Below, one piece after another: positions 27,059 to 39,600 of a stretch of 64,000 nt of DNA. Source of the DNA: Sphagnum compactum (lineage: Eukaryota); assembly GCA_965153455.1 (NCBI GenBank), contig OZ234493.1:4836001-4900000 (forward strand), given 5' to 3'. Under the pieces are notes generated by a model. It ran no database searches. It was not told where the DNA came from and saw nothing but the letters and a program-made list of their open reading frames with translations. The position numbers were made by a program, and so were the translations under genes. The first letter of the stretch is position 1. Each line of letters opens with the position of its first letter.

Positions 27059-29915
27059 CAATGTTGGGTGAATATCTCAAAAAATTCCACATCATTCTTA
27101 CAATGAAAAATCAATTTTATTTTTGCTTGTAAATGTTTGCATTAATTTTTTTAGGCATTCATATTTCACTTTAAACCCTCGACCAAGGCAATTGTTTGTA
27201 AGACATCTTGTTTGCTTGAATTTCTCCACCTTCAACCTTGTTGAACATTGTGTGAAGAATGAAAATATTTTAGTCCAAAATGAAGTATGTGAAATGCTTT
27301 TGAGTGAGCAAAAGGTGAGGATAAAAAAATGGAAGAAATCCAAGGAAACTCAAGTTTGCAAACTAAAGAAACCAAAGTTCTAAAAAAATGACGAAGAAAA
27401 AATTAAGCAAATTTTGGAATTATTGCATTTCCAAAGGAAAAAGTGGAGGTTTTGTAATAGGAATGTTTTATGTTATTTTATGTTATTTTTTATTTTATTT
27501 TGTGAATGACAATGCAAGAATGACATTTGATGCACCTCAAATCATGTGTTGTATGTTGTGTTATTCAAATCATGTACTTTTCTTTAACCCAATAATGAAA
27601 TTAAAGGAGGGTCCAATATTTTATTATAAGACAAGTGGAATAAAGTGTTTGAAAAAACATATTGAAGTAGACAATTTCAAAATTTTGAATTTTTTTTTTT
27701 GAAGAAGTCTGTTTTTGAAATGAGATTTTTAAAAAAATTCAACTTGTTAAAAAATATATATATTTATCAAGTTCATCCATTTTATTTATTTATGCTTCCA
27801 AAGAGTCTTTCAAAAAGGATAACATGGAAAAATAAAGGTTTTTGAAAAAATTTGCACTTTTGTTTATAAAAGTCATTTGCCTTTGCATTTTGTGGAAAAT
27901 GTATGGTTAAATGTTTGATCTTGCATTTGTGTCTCTGAGTTTAGTTCCTTTCACAAAAGTTCTTGTCATATGATGTTTTACTTAACCTAGTGGAGAAAAT
28001 GAAACAAACATATGTTTTGCCTTTCCTTGAAGAATGCAATTTTGTCATTATTAATTTTGATCTTTGAATGTTCAAGGGTGTTCGTGATATCTTTGCCCTA
28101 GTTATGAATTTTTTGGGATCTAATTTAAAGTCAAAGAATGCAATTAATGGTTTATTTGAGGTTGTTGAGATTATAAAATAGGGTTTGACAAAAAAAAATT
28201 GATTGATTTTTTGAATGAATATGGCTCGAGAAATAAGATCATAGAATATGGTAAAGACAAGGGTTCAAATTTGAACACAATGACAAAAGCTATCAAGTTT
28301 GTTGTGAAATGTGACAATTTAAGCTTGGAGGAAAACTTTTAGGGAACATGTTTTGGGCATGTTTTCTCCAAATTTTGACAATATGCCACTAATGATGAAA
28401 AAGTGTGTAAAGGCTTTAAATAAGTTTTCATAAAATCTATCCAAAAAAATTACAAAAATGCATCACTTGTCCAAAGAAATTTGGTGAAAGTTGGCAGGAT
28501 TGGAACAAGGCTTGCATTGAAATTGGTTTGAGGCCAAGAAAATTGAACATTCCAATGAAAACTAGGTCAATTTTGTTTCCAAACATTATTTTGTATATAT
28601 ATATATGTTCTATTTCTGAAATTTGCAAGTTATTTTGTAACTAATCATGTTTTCCAAATAAAATCATATTGCTCTAGGAAACATTGCAATTTAGGGCAAC
28701 AATTGTTTTATGTTATAATCATTAAACATGAGTGCGAATTAATGGCCATGTGCCTCCACCTTTACTTGCAATGTTTCTTAAGTCATTGTTGATTTATTTT
28801 GATGGTTGTGAATGCTTGTGTGTTTAACAAATCCCATGGGCATTGGTTACTTTCTAATGCTTTGCATACAATAATTACAATAAAAAAATAATGTGGAATG
28901 GCACCCTCTATAGCTAATTTGATGGAAGATGATATGGTTGTGGTTTTGGAGTTGTCTATGCTTGTTTTCAATATCATAAAACAAATATGTGATGTTTTAG
29001 ATGGTTTTCTTTCATTTCTAACAAAGTATTAAAAGAAGAAAACATAACATGCTATAGATTTAATGTTAGACCCAAGATTTAAAAGTCTTAGGTTGGTTTC
29101 TCCTTTTATTAGTTTCTATGTTGGAAGATTATAATAGACAATCTTTGCTTCTAATGCTATTGAAATGCTACCATGTATTTCACCTTGTGTTAGAAATTGA
29201 AAGTATGGTAGATCAATTGAATGATGAAAATTCTTGTTTTGACATTTTTGAGATGATTGCTAGGACTAGTGAGTTAGCCAACTTGGCAACTAAGGAATTG
29301 CAGATGTTTTGAAAGTATCAAGTTGATGCAAAGGACATTAAGTGTCTGTTGGAGTGGTGGGGAAAATATGAGTCCTTTTCAATTGTTGCTTTCCTTGGCT
29401 TATCAAATCCTTGGGATTGTAGAATCCCAAATTGAAATTGAAAAGATTTTTTCCTTGGCTAAAATATTGATAAATTTGAGAAGATGCAAGTTGCAAAAAA
29501 ATAATCTAGATAAGTTATTGTTTATAAGCAAGAACTAGCCAAAATTGATCTTAGGGTGAATTACTCTTCACCTTCTAACTCGATGGAGTTGATTGAAGTT
29601 GACACTTCTTTATATGAAGAGCTAGAAAAGTACGAAGGTGGACATGTAATTTTTAATTTCATCCCTTTTGTATATTATTGCTTGAAATTTGATGTTTGGG
29701 CTCTGAGAATTGCCTTGAACATCCGATGGATATTATTTTCTAGGATATTTGGAAATGTGAAAACCAAATTTGTTTTTTTGAAATTTGATATCTTTTGACA
29801 GATATTATAATTGAGAAAAATAAAAATAGAATCTAAAGATCTGACCTGGTTCTGAAAAATCATTTTAAAAAACAGAACCATCAGATATGAAAAGATTGAT
29901 ATACACCCAACGCTG
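27059..29915 (+). mobile_element. Full-length but decayed hAT DNA transposon
   Basis: TIRs CAATGTTGGGTGAATATC / GATATACACCCAACGCTG with a perfect 8-bp TSD GTTAGAAC (27051-27058, 29916-29923). BED finger (CCMLCY...CLKKH), FDL*MFKG, DKGSN, CFGHVFS, LDPRFK and dimerisation motif WW...QILGIVESQIEIEKIFS. Confidence 0.93.
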
Positions 29916-30821
29916 GTTAGAACCACCACTTCTGATTCTAGTTAGTAAAAACCAAACTATAACCAATTCTAGAACCAAACTTGGAACTATGTTCTTAGTT
30001 CTATTTATGTGTGAAACTGGAACTAGAACTGAGATTTTTGGAAAATAAATAAATTAATTAATTAAAAAATTTAATGAAAAAAAGACTAGTATCCTGGGGG
30101 TAACCAGAGGTTAACAACCTTGGCGAGTTCCAATCTACTCAAACTCAGACTGGAATAGGGTCTATTTTGCAGTACCGAAACTGCAAAATTTTTGGAAGAA
30201 GGGGACCCAAAACTGGATTCCTGGTTCCATTTATGTGCGGAAACCACAACTGGAACTTGTTCTAATTGATTTTTATAGAACTGGAGGTTCCTCATAAAAG
30301 CCAAGAACTGCCAAACACTGGCATTTTATTTGTCTCATGACACAAGTAGAGTCATTCCTTCCCATACATGTAAACTCATTATTTAACTCATTGCTTTCTA
30401 TAGATGTCACTAACACATACCCTTAACATGAGAAGATTTGAACTTCAAAATCTAACAAACCTTTTCCAAAAATTATTGTAGCCTGTAAGTAATATGATGT
30501 GCTGACTTCTATTGTGAGCAAAGAACAGAGTACCTGGAGCTTTAAATACCTAAGGACCTGTTAGAATGAGGGTTTCTTTTTTGCCTGCATAATAATAATA
30601 ATAATGTTTGTTAGTCCTGGTAACAATTAGTGCCTAATCACTGACAACTTCAGCTTTTGCTGTGGACTATGATGACATGAAATTGAGTACAACACTACTT
30701 GGCTACAAATAAGTTACCTACAACAATTCCATTTCCATAATTCACAGAACTTCAAGGCCATGGACATTATACACAGAAGTGTCAGGATATACATAGGCCA
30801 TTTGATGAGGCCGACTATGAG

Positions 30822-31095
30822 GCAGTGTTTTTTTTGGGTCAATTTTGTGTTATAGCCAAAGTGGTGATGATCCACAGGAAGTTTGAGCCAATTTGGCTAC
30901 AAGCTAAATATGAAAGTTAAAATTTAAAACTTCTATATTTTGGCTACCGACTTGAACCATGCATTTATAGAAATCTGGCATTTTTTTCTTAAATTTTAGT
31001 CAAATTCTAGCTATTGAAAATCTCAAAAAAGCACTTGATTTTATCACTTTTTATTTTTACAGAATTTTTGCTATACATAGCCAGCAAAAGAGCGC
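30822..31095 (+). repeat. Copy of the gatttagccaaatttggcta short dispersed repeat
   Basis: Starts CAGTGTTTT. Near-colinear with 58192-58450. A further partial copy lies at ~31460-31610. Confidence 0.7.
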
Positions 31096-31171
31096 CTGCT
31101 ACGAGGTGAAACTAAGTGAAACTAGTTATAAAGTTGGTCTTAGTTACAACCAAGACCACCAAATGAGGATC

Positions 31172-31284
31172 CATGGGTCATGCGGTCACCCCAACCCCAT
31201 CAGATCAAAATTCATGTTCATGGGTCATGCGGTCACCCCAACCCCATCAGATCAAAATTCATGTTCATGGGTCATGTGGCCACC
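31172..31284. repeat. 47-bp tandem repeat, 2.4 copies
   Basis: catgggtcatgcggtcaccccaaccccatcagatcaaaattcatgtt at 31172 and 31219, partial at 31266. Confidence 0.95.
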
Positions 31285-32599
31285 ATGTTGTAAGTTAGGA
31301 GTTAGTGTGGGTTTCCATGTTGTGCACTCACCTACTATTCCATCATGTTGGGTTTTCCATGTGGGAAAGGTCACCCACCCACCCACCATCCTAAGGATTC
31401 CTTAGTGAGACCCACTGGAACAGGGATTTTTATGGTCCCTCCCCCAAATTTTTTTGGGATGTAACTGAAATGGTGATCATTCATAAGATGATTTAGCCAG
31501 TTTTGGCTATACGGAAATATAAAAATAAAATAAAATCTAGCATCCCTTTATATATTTTGTCTACATATTTACTGGAACTTAGGATGGAATCTGGAGATTT
31601 TTTAGTAATTAATTTTTTTTGGGGGAACTTTGCCTACTAAAAAAATTCAAAAACCACCTTTTTCACCAATTTGAAAAACAAACCACCATTTTGCAAAATA
31701 TTTCCAGGAAAAAAAAAGCATTGCACTGGAGTAGTGGGTGTTCCACCCCACCCCACCCTAACCTCTGGTCTCCTCCACAATTCCAACAGATTGGCATGTG
31801 GCACAAATTGAGAACTAGCCACCAGCTGACCTTGACCCAATTGCCAGTATTGGAACCTTGGGCAAGACGGTTGCAAGAGACCCTTCAAGTGCAGTTGCCA
31901 TGCAGGTGTGTGGGTACATATTAGAGGGGACATTTCAATCCATTTTCACTATTTTGACCAACAATTTGATTGAGAAAAATTGTGGGTGAATGACGTAACA
32001 TGAAGATCAACCCTTAGGAAACCAAATCTTGAGCGCCAGAATATATGTTAGCCCTTTGTTTTTTTGCACATATCTCATTTGAACAAGACAAGAATCTCTC
32101 TACTAGTCTAATCTGACACCATGCTTGTGGTACTTTCACAACTTCCTTTGTGAGAAACACAAGAAGACTTCACAGAAATTGAGTCAATCAGCAAAGGTCA
32201 TCATGGGATTACATAATGCAATGATGCCACACAATCATAGATGAAGGAGAGACTCTCTTAGCAGCAGCACAAAGTTTGTGTATAGCCATGTGTGTGGGGG
32301 GTGTGTTGGTCGCAACTTTTTGCAGGAGGGCCAGCTCTTCAAATTTAACAATGGGTGGCCCAGTCCTAATGGCTGCTTCTTCTTATGCCCCATTTTCTGA
32401 CATGCCCAGCCTCCTCTGCAATGACAATCAGTGGTGCCTGCACTCTACAATCCAACAATATGACTACTGTATATCCTAAATCAATTGTTCTTAGGTGGGT
32501 TTTGCAAAGCATAATTATGTCAGAGTTGAACTTATATGTAATGAATTATTATACTTAGCATGCTAGGAGCCTAGTACAACTGAGAAGGGAGTTGTCGCC

Positions 32600-34400
32600 G
32601 ATCTCTAGGAAAAATCATCTGTCTTATCCAGGGAGAATCTGTGAATTCTGAGATTGTACTTGCAATATGTAGGTAATGGGGCACCTTGGCTTGCTTCTGT
32701 AATGAAACGGCTGAAGGCATTACTTGCTAAACAGGCAAGCTCCTTCCAGGCACATCATAAAATGTACTTGTTGCTTGTTACAGTAAAAACCTCAGCTCAA
32801 AACCATAGTGTAGTTTGGGGAACTTCCTCAACCACAATTTCATGCTCTTGAACATTTCTCATGATTTCCATGTAGGCAGGGGAAGTTACAATGATGAGAA
32901 AGAACTCAAAAATATTTCAATTGGGTTGACATTCATGATTTTATGCAAAACCCTCATGCCAACATCTTACCATAAGAATTGTAGAACACTGCAACTAATA
33001 ACTCTTGAAAAAGTTGTTGTTCAGAAGATTAGACTTGCACTTCATTATTTGAAGTGAACCTTGCTCTAGCCTGATTGAACAAGAAAACCCTTCTTTCCCA
33101 AACTCACTTTGCTAGGCAAAATCTAATACAGCTTGTAAGTAAAGTCAACAATTGCAAATTGAACAATTAATCTTTTTGAAAATCTAGATGTGTACCAAAT
33201 TTGTGTGTCCAAGTCTTTCCATGGCATGAGCTACCTATCAAATTATTTGTGGCAAAGGCAATAGCTTTCCTAACAAATTTCTTCAGCCTTGAACCTTGGT
33301 TGACCAAGTTGCCAATCAAAATATTGATTCGCCACATTAAAAAAAAGAAGTACCCAAGACACCAAGTTCAATTTGAGAATTGTATCAAGACACCAAATAA
33401 TTACTTTTGCTTCTAGCCCATCTTAGTAAACAAGATCCATGTTTGTCTTCAAATGTCAATTGAGCTTCTAAATCAAATTCATACATCAACTTGCAAAAAT
33501 ATGCTAGTCACGAAATTTTTGGGACAAACTACAGAAAATAAACTAGTCATGATAATTTCCATTCTTATCGAAATCCCTTGGATGTAATCTTATTTGAACA
33601 TCGTTCCAACTCTTCATTAAATAAGAACAATTGTTGATTTTTGCTTGAAATTGGTTGAAAAATAGGAGTGTAACTCACCAATTAGTAGTCATTGACCATG
33701 CACGGTTCTACTAGGTTGCAAAACCACTTATTCCAACGCCACCACATGCATGAAATAATTATAAGAGAAAACTCCACAAAACTTACTTCGATGTTGAAAG
33801 GGATAACAAAAGTCAGGGAAAATTGTGATAATAGGGAAAACAAGAATCAATGCATTTGATGGAAAGTATTAATTGGTAACTACCTGATTCCAAACCACAT
33901 TGGGTGGGGTGTGTTGGTGTGCTTTCCAATTTTCCTCATGTAATTTGTAAAATGCATATTTTCAAGCCAACTCCTTTTTGCTATCTTGGTCATTGGTGCC
34001 TCTTGGGGTGCATTAATGGAGGTACATCAAAACCTACACAATTAGAATAAGAATGTAAACCATGCAATGTGAGGCCAAATCATGCACAAGATTCACCTTT
34101 TTTGACTTGCATATGGGGTGGAATTGGCATCACCCATTGAATGTGAGAAAATGATTTTTCACGATGAAACAACATCAACATGGAGGAAAGGAATTTCAAC
34201 ATAAATGACTCTTGAAGTTGGTGGACATAGAGGAAAGCCAATTGCAAGTTTGACAAGCCATTGAATTGGTCCAAACATATTAAAAACATTTTTTGACAAG
34301 GAGATTTGATCATGGTGTATGATAGTCATCACAATAGAAAGATTTTCAAAATTTTACCCTTCAAAATGGTTTGGGCCATCCATCATTTTAAAGTTCTTTT
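32600..34400 (-). pseudogene. Degenerate coding-like sequence, possibly a Mutator/SWIM-type transposase relic
   Basis: Minus-strand frames read as protein with scattered stops (e.g. IYVEIPFLHVD; MYEFDLEAQ; MEIMRNVQEHEIVVEEVPQTTLWF*AEVFTVTSNKYIL*CAWKELACL). No catalytic motif was secured. Confidence 0.25.
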
Positions 34401-36651
34401 TTGACAACAACACATGAATTGGTTCACCTTTATGGAGAGGAATATGGTAGGGTCAATCACAACAAACTCAAACATTTTCATAATGGCTAAATAATTATTT
34501 CAAAAACCTAATAACAAAATAAGCGTGAAGCAACACCAAAATGGATTACTAGGGGTAGAAGTAGTAAATAATAATATCTGGGTAAAAATATCAATAAATA
34601 TGAAAATCAATAGTACAACTTATGAGACTTTTTGACAAGGAACATAGGCTTGGACTCATGAATCATTTACTTAACTATCTCGGGTTAGACATATTTAAAA
34701 GTGAATTATGTGAACTTGACTAAATTCTAGGAAAGAAAATTTTAAATAATTTGATGATTCATTCGTAAGGAGGATGATAATTCTAGAACGATAATATGTG
34801 ACATGATACAATTTATTCAAAATCGATGAATGACTATGTTTGATAAATGCAAATGAATGGGACTGAATAATTATCCATTCCTCTTTTCAATTATTTAAAT
34901 GGTTCTTTTGGTGAATGATCCCAATGAAGCAAGGTTTCTATGTAAACCTAATGAGTTCCCCATTGAGTGTGGTTCAAATAAAGGTCAAGCTTTAGGCATG
35001 TCAGTGATCCTAGCCCAAAAACATGTAAATTTCAGCTCTTGTATTGTTTTAAGTGTTTTGTACAATGTGTGGGTGTTTCTGAAAATTTAATTATGTAATT
35101 TATCTATGTGTTAATAAGGATTCAACTGGTCACCCTCATAGATTCAAACCCTTCCAAAATAATAGGTACAACGCTTTTGCCTACCCTTGGGATGAAGTTA
35201 ATTGATTTTCAGAAAAAATCAACCTTAAAATAAAAATTATGTGTGGTTCATCTTTTAAAGACCTTAAGTTAAAAGTTTAGAAAGTTTTCTTAAAAACTAA
35301 CTTCATGGGAAACTCAATTCTTTGGATTTACATATGATCTATGGCTTTAAGTGATCCATGTAATGGTGAAACTATATCATTCTAATATATAGATCAATTG
35401 AAACATCCACCTTTTCAAAGCCTAGCTACTTCATTCGTTTCCTAATAATTATTTCATTCCCTTTTCCTACCCACCTGCATGAACATGAAAAGGAACATTA
35501 AACATTCAATGTACTTGGTCAATATGTCTTTTCATGAACATGTTATTTAACAAAATCAATTTTAAAATTAACATAAATTATCATGAACTATTGAGAATCA
35601 TATGGGAACATACAAGGGAATTTGGAACCTTGTTCAAAAATTACATTCATAATCATAAATCTAAAATTTAAAAGATTAATTTAACTATTAAAGGACATTC
35701 CATAATTGTTTTTCAAATGATTATGAAATTTATATTGATAAAGATATTGCAACTATTTTTCAGGTAAAATGATTTTAAATAATTACAATACATTTTAAAA
35801 CATCATTATAGAGGTTTAAGAAAAATAATTTATCTATTTATTTCCTTCTTTTTTTTACAATATAAAAATCATGGGTATAAATAATGAAAATAGGAACTAA
35901 TGCAAGTGATATATCTAAATTTTTAAAATTCTTCCAAATTTCATACATATCCCATGTTAGAACTAAATCAGGGTTTATGAATCTAAATATAACATTTATT
36001 AGGTTTAATTTGGCAACTAAGGGGCCTCACTCAAGAAGGTGAGGGTTGGTTCAGCGTGGGTGCTGGTTCATCCCACCCCCAAGGTCTCCTAGGAGTGCAG
36101 TGACAATATAATCCATTAAATCAAAGATCTTGACACCTTATAACACAACTTAGCAAGTTCCACAACTTAGCAACTTCTTTCCTACGTTTACACTTGATTT
36201 GTCACTTGATAATTATGTCAAGCTACATCAAGATTCACAAGTTCATTCCTTTGTGACAAGTTTCAAATTGTAGCCTCGAAGCTGGGGTGCACATCTAGTA
36301 GATATCAACAAGGGACCAGCAAATGAAGAGTCAACAAAAGGGCAAGGGTACAAAGCACAAACCTTGTGTGTGACAGTGTCACAAAACAGGTGCATACTTA
36401 ACCCCCATACCAAATGGTTTGGAGACAAGCCTCTATGATCTAGAACTTGCTGGATCACATACTTATTACTATAAGCATTGGAGCATGATGAAACAGTGAC
36501 AGTCAAAATCTGAAATGCTAGTGTACAATTGTTGGAGACATTGACAAAAATCTTATTACAAGATGCTCTGTGTTGCAAACAAAGTCCCATTGTCATGTAA
36601 ATCTATCCTATAAACCACCCACTTAAAAGCTGACACAAGCACATTAATTCA

Positions 36652-39600
36652 TCAGTAATATAGGCGCTGGTGCCCAAGTCCATTTCCTGCCAATCCTGCT
36701 CCTGGGTGAAAACCATCATAGACTCCGTGATTGCCTGCAGTGCCCATGGGAGGAGCTTGGCCCATCCCCAATCCTATACCCTGCTGATGTGGTAGTGGCA
36801 ACAGTGCACCCCCTGTGCCTGCTTGGGCCATGATTTGGCGCTGGTATGCTAGTAGATCAGCAGCACTGTAGCCCTGGTTCATGCCTGCAGGCAATAAACC
36901 CTGGAAAGAAACTGTGGGAGGTGGGGGTGGAAGGGGCAGTGATGAAGTGCCTGGCAGAGTTGGCTTGCTGCCCCAGGAGCACTGCATCAACAAGCAATAA
37001 CCAGATTAGCATCTACAAACAGATTCTGTAGCCAATTAAACCTAGAGTTCTATTGTCAAAAAACTAATTTCCTCCTGATTTCTTTGCAATGGTGCCTTAC
37101 CTTTTTTTGTCTTCCTGCTCACAAAACACACAGAACTCTGTACCACATTCCTGGGTTGTACATCACAGCTTGATGTTTGTCAAAGACCATTTCCTTTACA
37201 GAAACACAGATTGACATGTCTTGATCTTTGAAGTGTGGGAATTTCCCTGTTCTCAAGAAAAGGACAGGCCAACCATATCGCCCCATTGCACCAGGTAGCA
37301 AGTGTTTGGTAGAAAATGGTCAAATACTCTGGTTCAAGCATACAATGGGTGTCCTTGTACCCCCCCTTCACATTTACATTACACACATGGGGGGACAAGT
37401 GCACAGAAATGCATCCTTGACTGACAGAAAATAGACAGGTACAGGAGACAGTCTGAAATGTAATAACTTACTTTGACAGACTTGCCACAGATGACCCTCC
37501 CATTAGCTGCTTGGATAGCAAATGCAGCCTCCTCATGAGAACGGTACCTCACAAACCCAAAACCCTTATCTCTCTGAACACGTACATCTTCAATTATGCC
37601 AGCTCCCAATGAATGGAACTGACGGTGTAACTCTGCTTGAGAGACCTGTAGCATGCTCAGGTCAGTAAGTGAAATTATATGTCTGGACGGATAGCAACCA
37701 ATTGCAGAATGCTTGTAGAAAATATTGTTGAGGATATGGGTCTATAGATGTCTTGTGATGATGTATTTTCCAAGATGGCCAGTTGAAAATAACCCATATC
37801 AAAATCCAAACATTCTGCATTTATCCTACAGTCAGATTGCTCCTCACCTCATGGGCCAAGTTGCCTACATACACTGTAGTGTACTGAGGGTTGTTCTCAG
37901 GACCATCGCCAGTGACTTCTTGATGCTCTTCTTGGTGTACTTCTGCACAACAAAACATTGTCTAAAGGATACATGTACAAAGTCCATAATTTTAATTCTC
38001 ACTCAAGGCTGATTTCAGTCAGTGGAAAGAAGCAAATAACAAGATCAAAAATATCAACCAGCACAGGCCGTTAGCTGATATTATTACCAAATCAACTTGC
38101 AAAATCTGCCAAAACAAAAAGGAATGGATGATGACAACACCTTGGATCAGTGGAGCCTGGTATCGTGCCATCTGATCAACAGCACTGCTCATACCAGTTC
38201 CATTTCCAGCAGTATGCACTTCATCTGCTTGAGGGCCCATGCTTGACTTTGTGGCCCAGTTGCACCGAATGGGTCTACTTCCAAGCCACTTTCCTGTCCA
38301 CAAACACCACAATTCTGTAAACATCCAGGACTATGATGTATGATGTCCATACACATACTCATGATAACAACAACTTCACACACCGCTACCATGCAGCAGC
38401 CAGATTTGAAAGTTGAAAAAAAAGAGGACATTCCAACCTTTCCTATCTACCTGGGCCCAAACAGAGAAAATCAGCCTTACCCGTCATCTCATTTATGGCA
38501 ATTTCTGCTTCCTGCAACACAAATAGAATTTATTGGTTAAGGAAATGCCAAACAGATATATCCAAGCGAAGGAAAAAAAGTATTGAGCCCTCTGCACCTA
38601 CAGCTTGAGTCAACCAGAATGGAAGTTGTGTCATAACCTGACAACACTAACATAACAGGAAAGCTATGGCAGGAAGAGAAGAGAAACACTAACTAAAATT
38701 TGGAAAGCATAATCAAAATGCACTTTAAACAACGGCAACAGCCTCTCAAATACCCAGTGAACACAACAATGTACAGTAGTGCAACTTTGTCCATTTCTGA
38801 CAGTGGGCCTATGCCAGTATCAAACATGAAATAGCATATAAACATGAGATTTCCAAAACCAAGAAGAAGAGTATGAACAAACATAAGTCAGAGTGCTGAG
38901 CGGAACTTTGTGGTGAGAAACCAGAGCTAGAAATTGAAGTAAAAAACATGACAAGCAAGAGGCTCCAAGATGGACGAAATATTCACAGATAAATTCATAG
39001 AATTTTACAATTTTAAATTCCAACATTATAAATATGGGACAACAAGTCTACAATTATCAGAAGAAATATATCTATATGATTGCAGAGACAACTCCACAAT
39101 CACACTTCAAAGGTGAACTGTCATATCAGCTCTATCATAACCAGAACTAACATGACCAAAATGGGTGCAATCACACCATCAACTTCATTGTGAATAGCAG
39201 ACACTAGCTGCCATGAGTCCCACTGACTTCATTAGCTTGTGACAGTGGGTGTAGATAATTACACAATAAACTGTCCAAAATGTCAGGCAAAACATTATAC
39301 AAAAATCTGTATCCTGAGTGTCTGTTGCATTTCCAGAAGCAACAGGAAGAACTCAGTCAAGATATTGGCTAGCAATCAAAAGACAGATAATAAAAGAATT
39401 TAACAGTATCCTCATCCAAGCTGCAAAAAGCTTAATGCATGCTTAGCTTACCCCTTGTACAAGCAAGTGTCTAAGCCAAAGTGCCATAGAGAGAGACCTA
39501 CAGAACCAGTAATACTTTTGTGAATTCATCAAGAAATTTAAGAAAAAAACCTGACCTACCTGCTGACTTCTGAAAGAAACAAAGCCGAAACCCCTAGAGC

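Larger units (their letters stand above)
26376..30320. mobile_element. Outer non-autonomous hAT-like element that hosts the 27059-29915 hAT
   Basis: Left TAGTGTTAGGCGGCTCTT..AGGAGAACCTTCA matches the reverse complement of the right end, CAGTGTTTGGCAGTTCTT..GAGGAACCTCCA. Many gaactgg/gaactag subterminal motifs. TSD is not clean. Confidence 0.55.
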
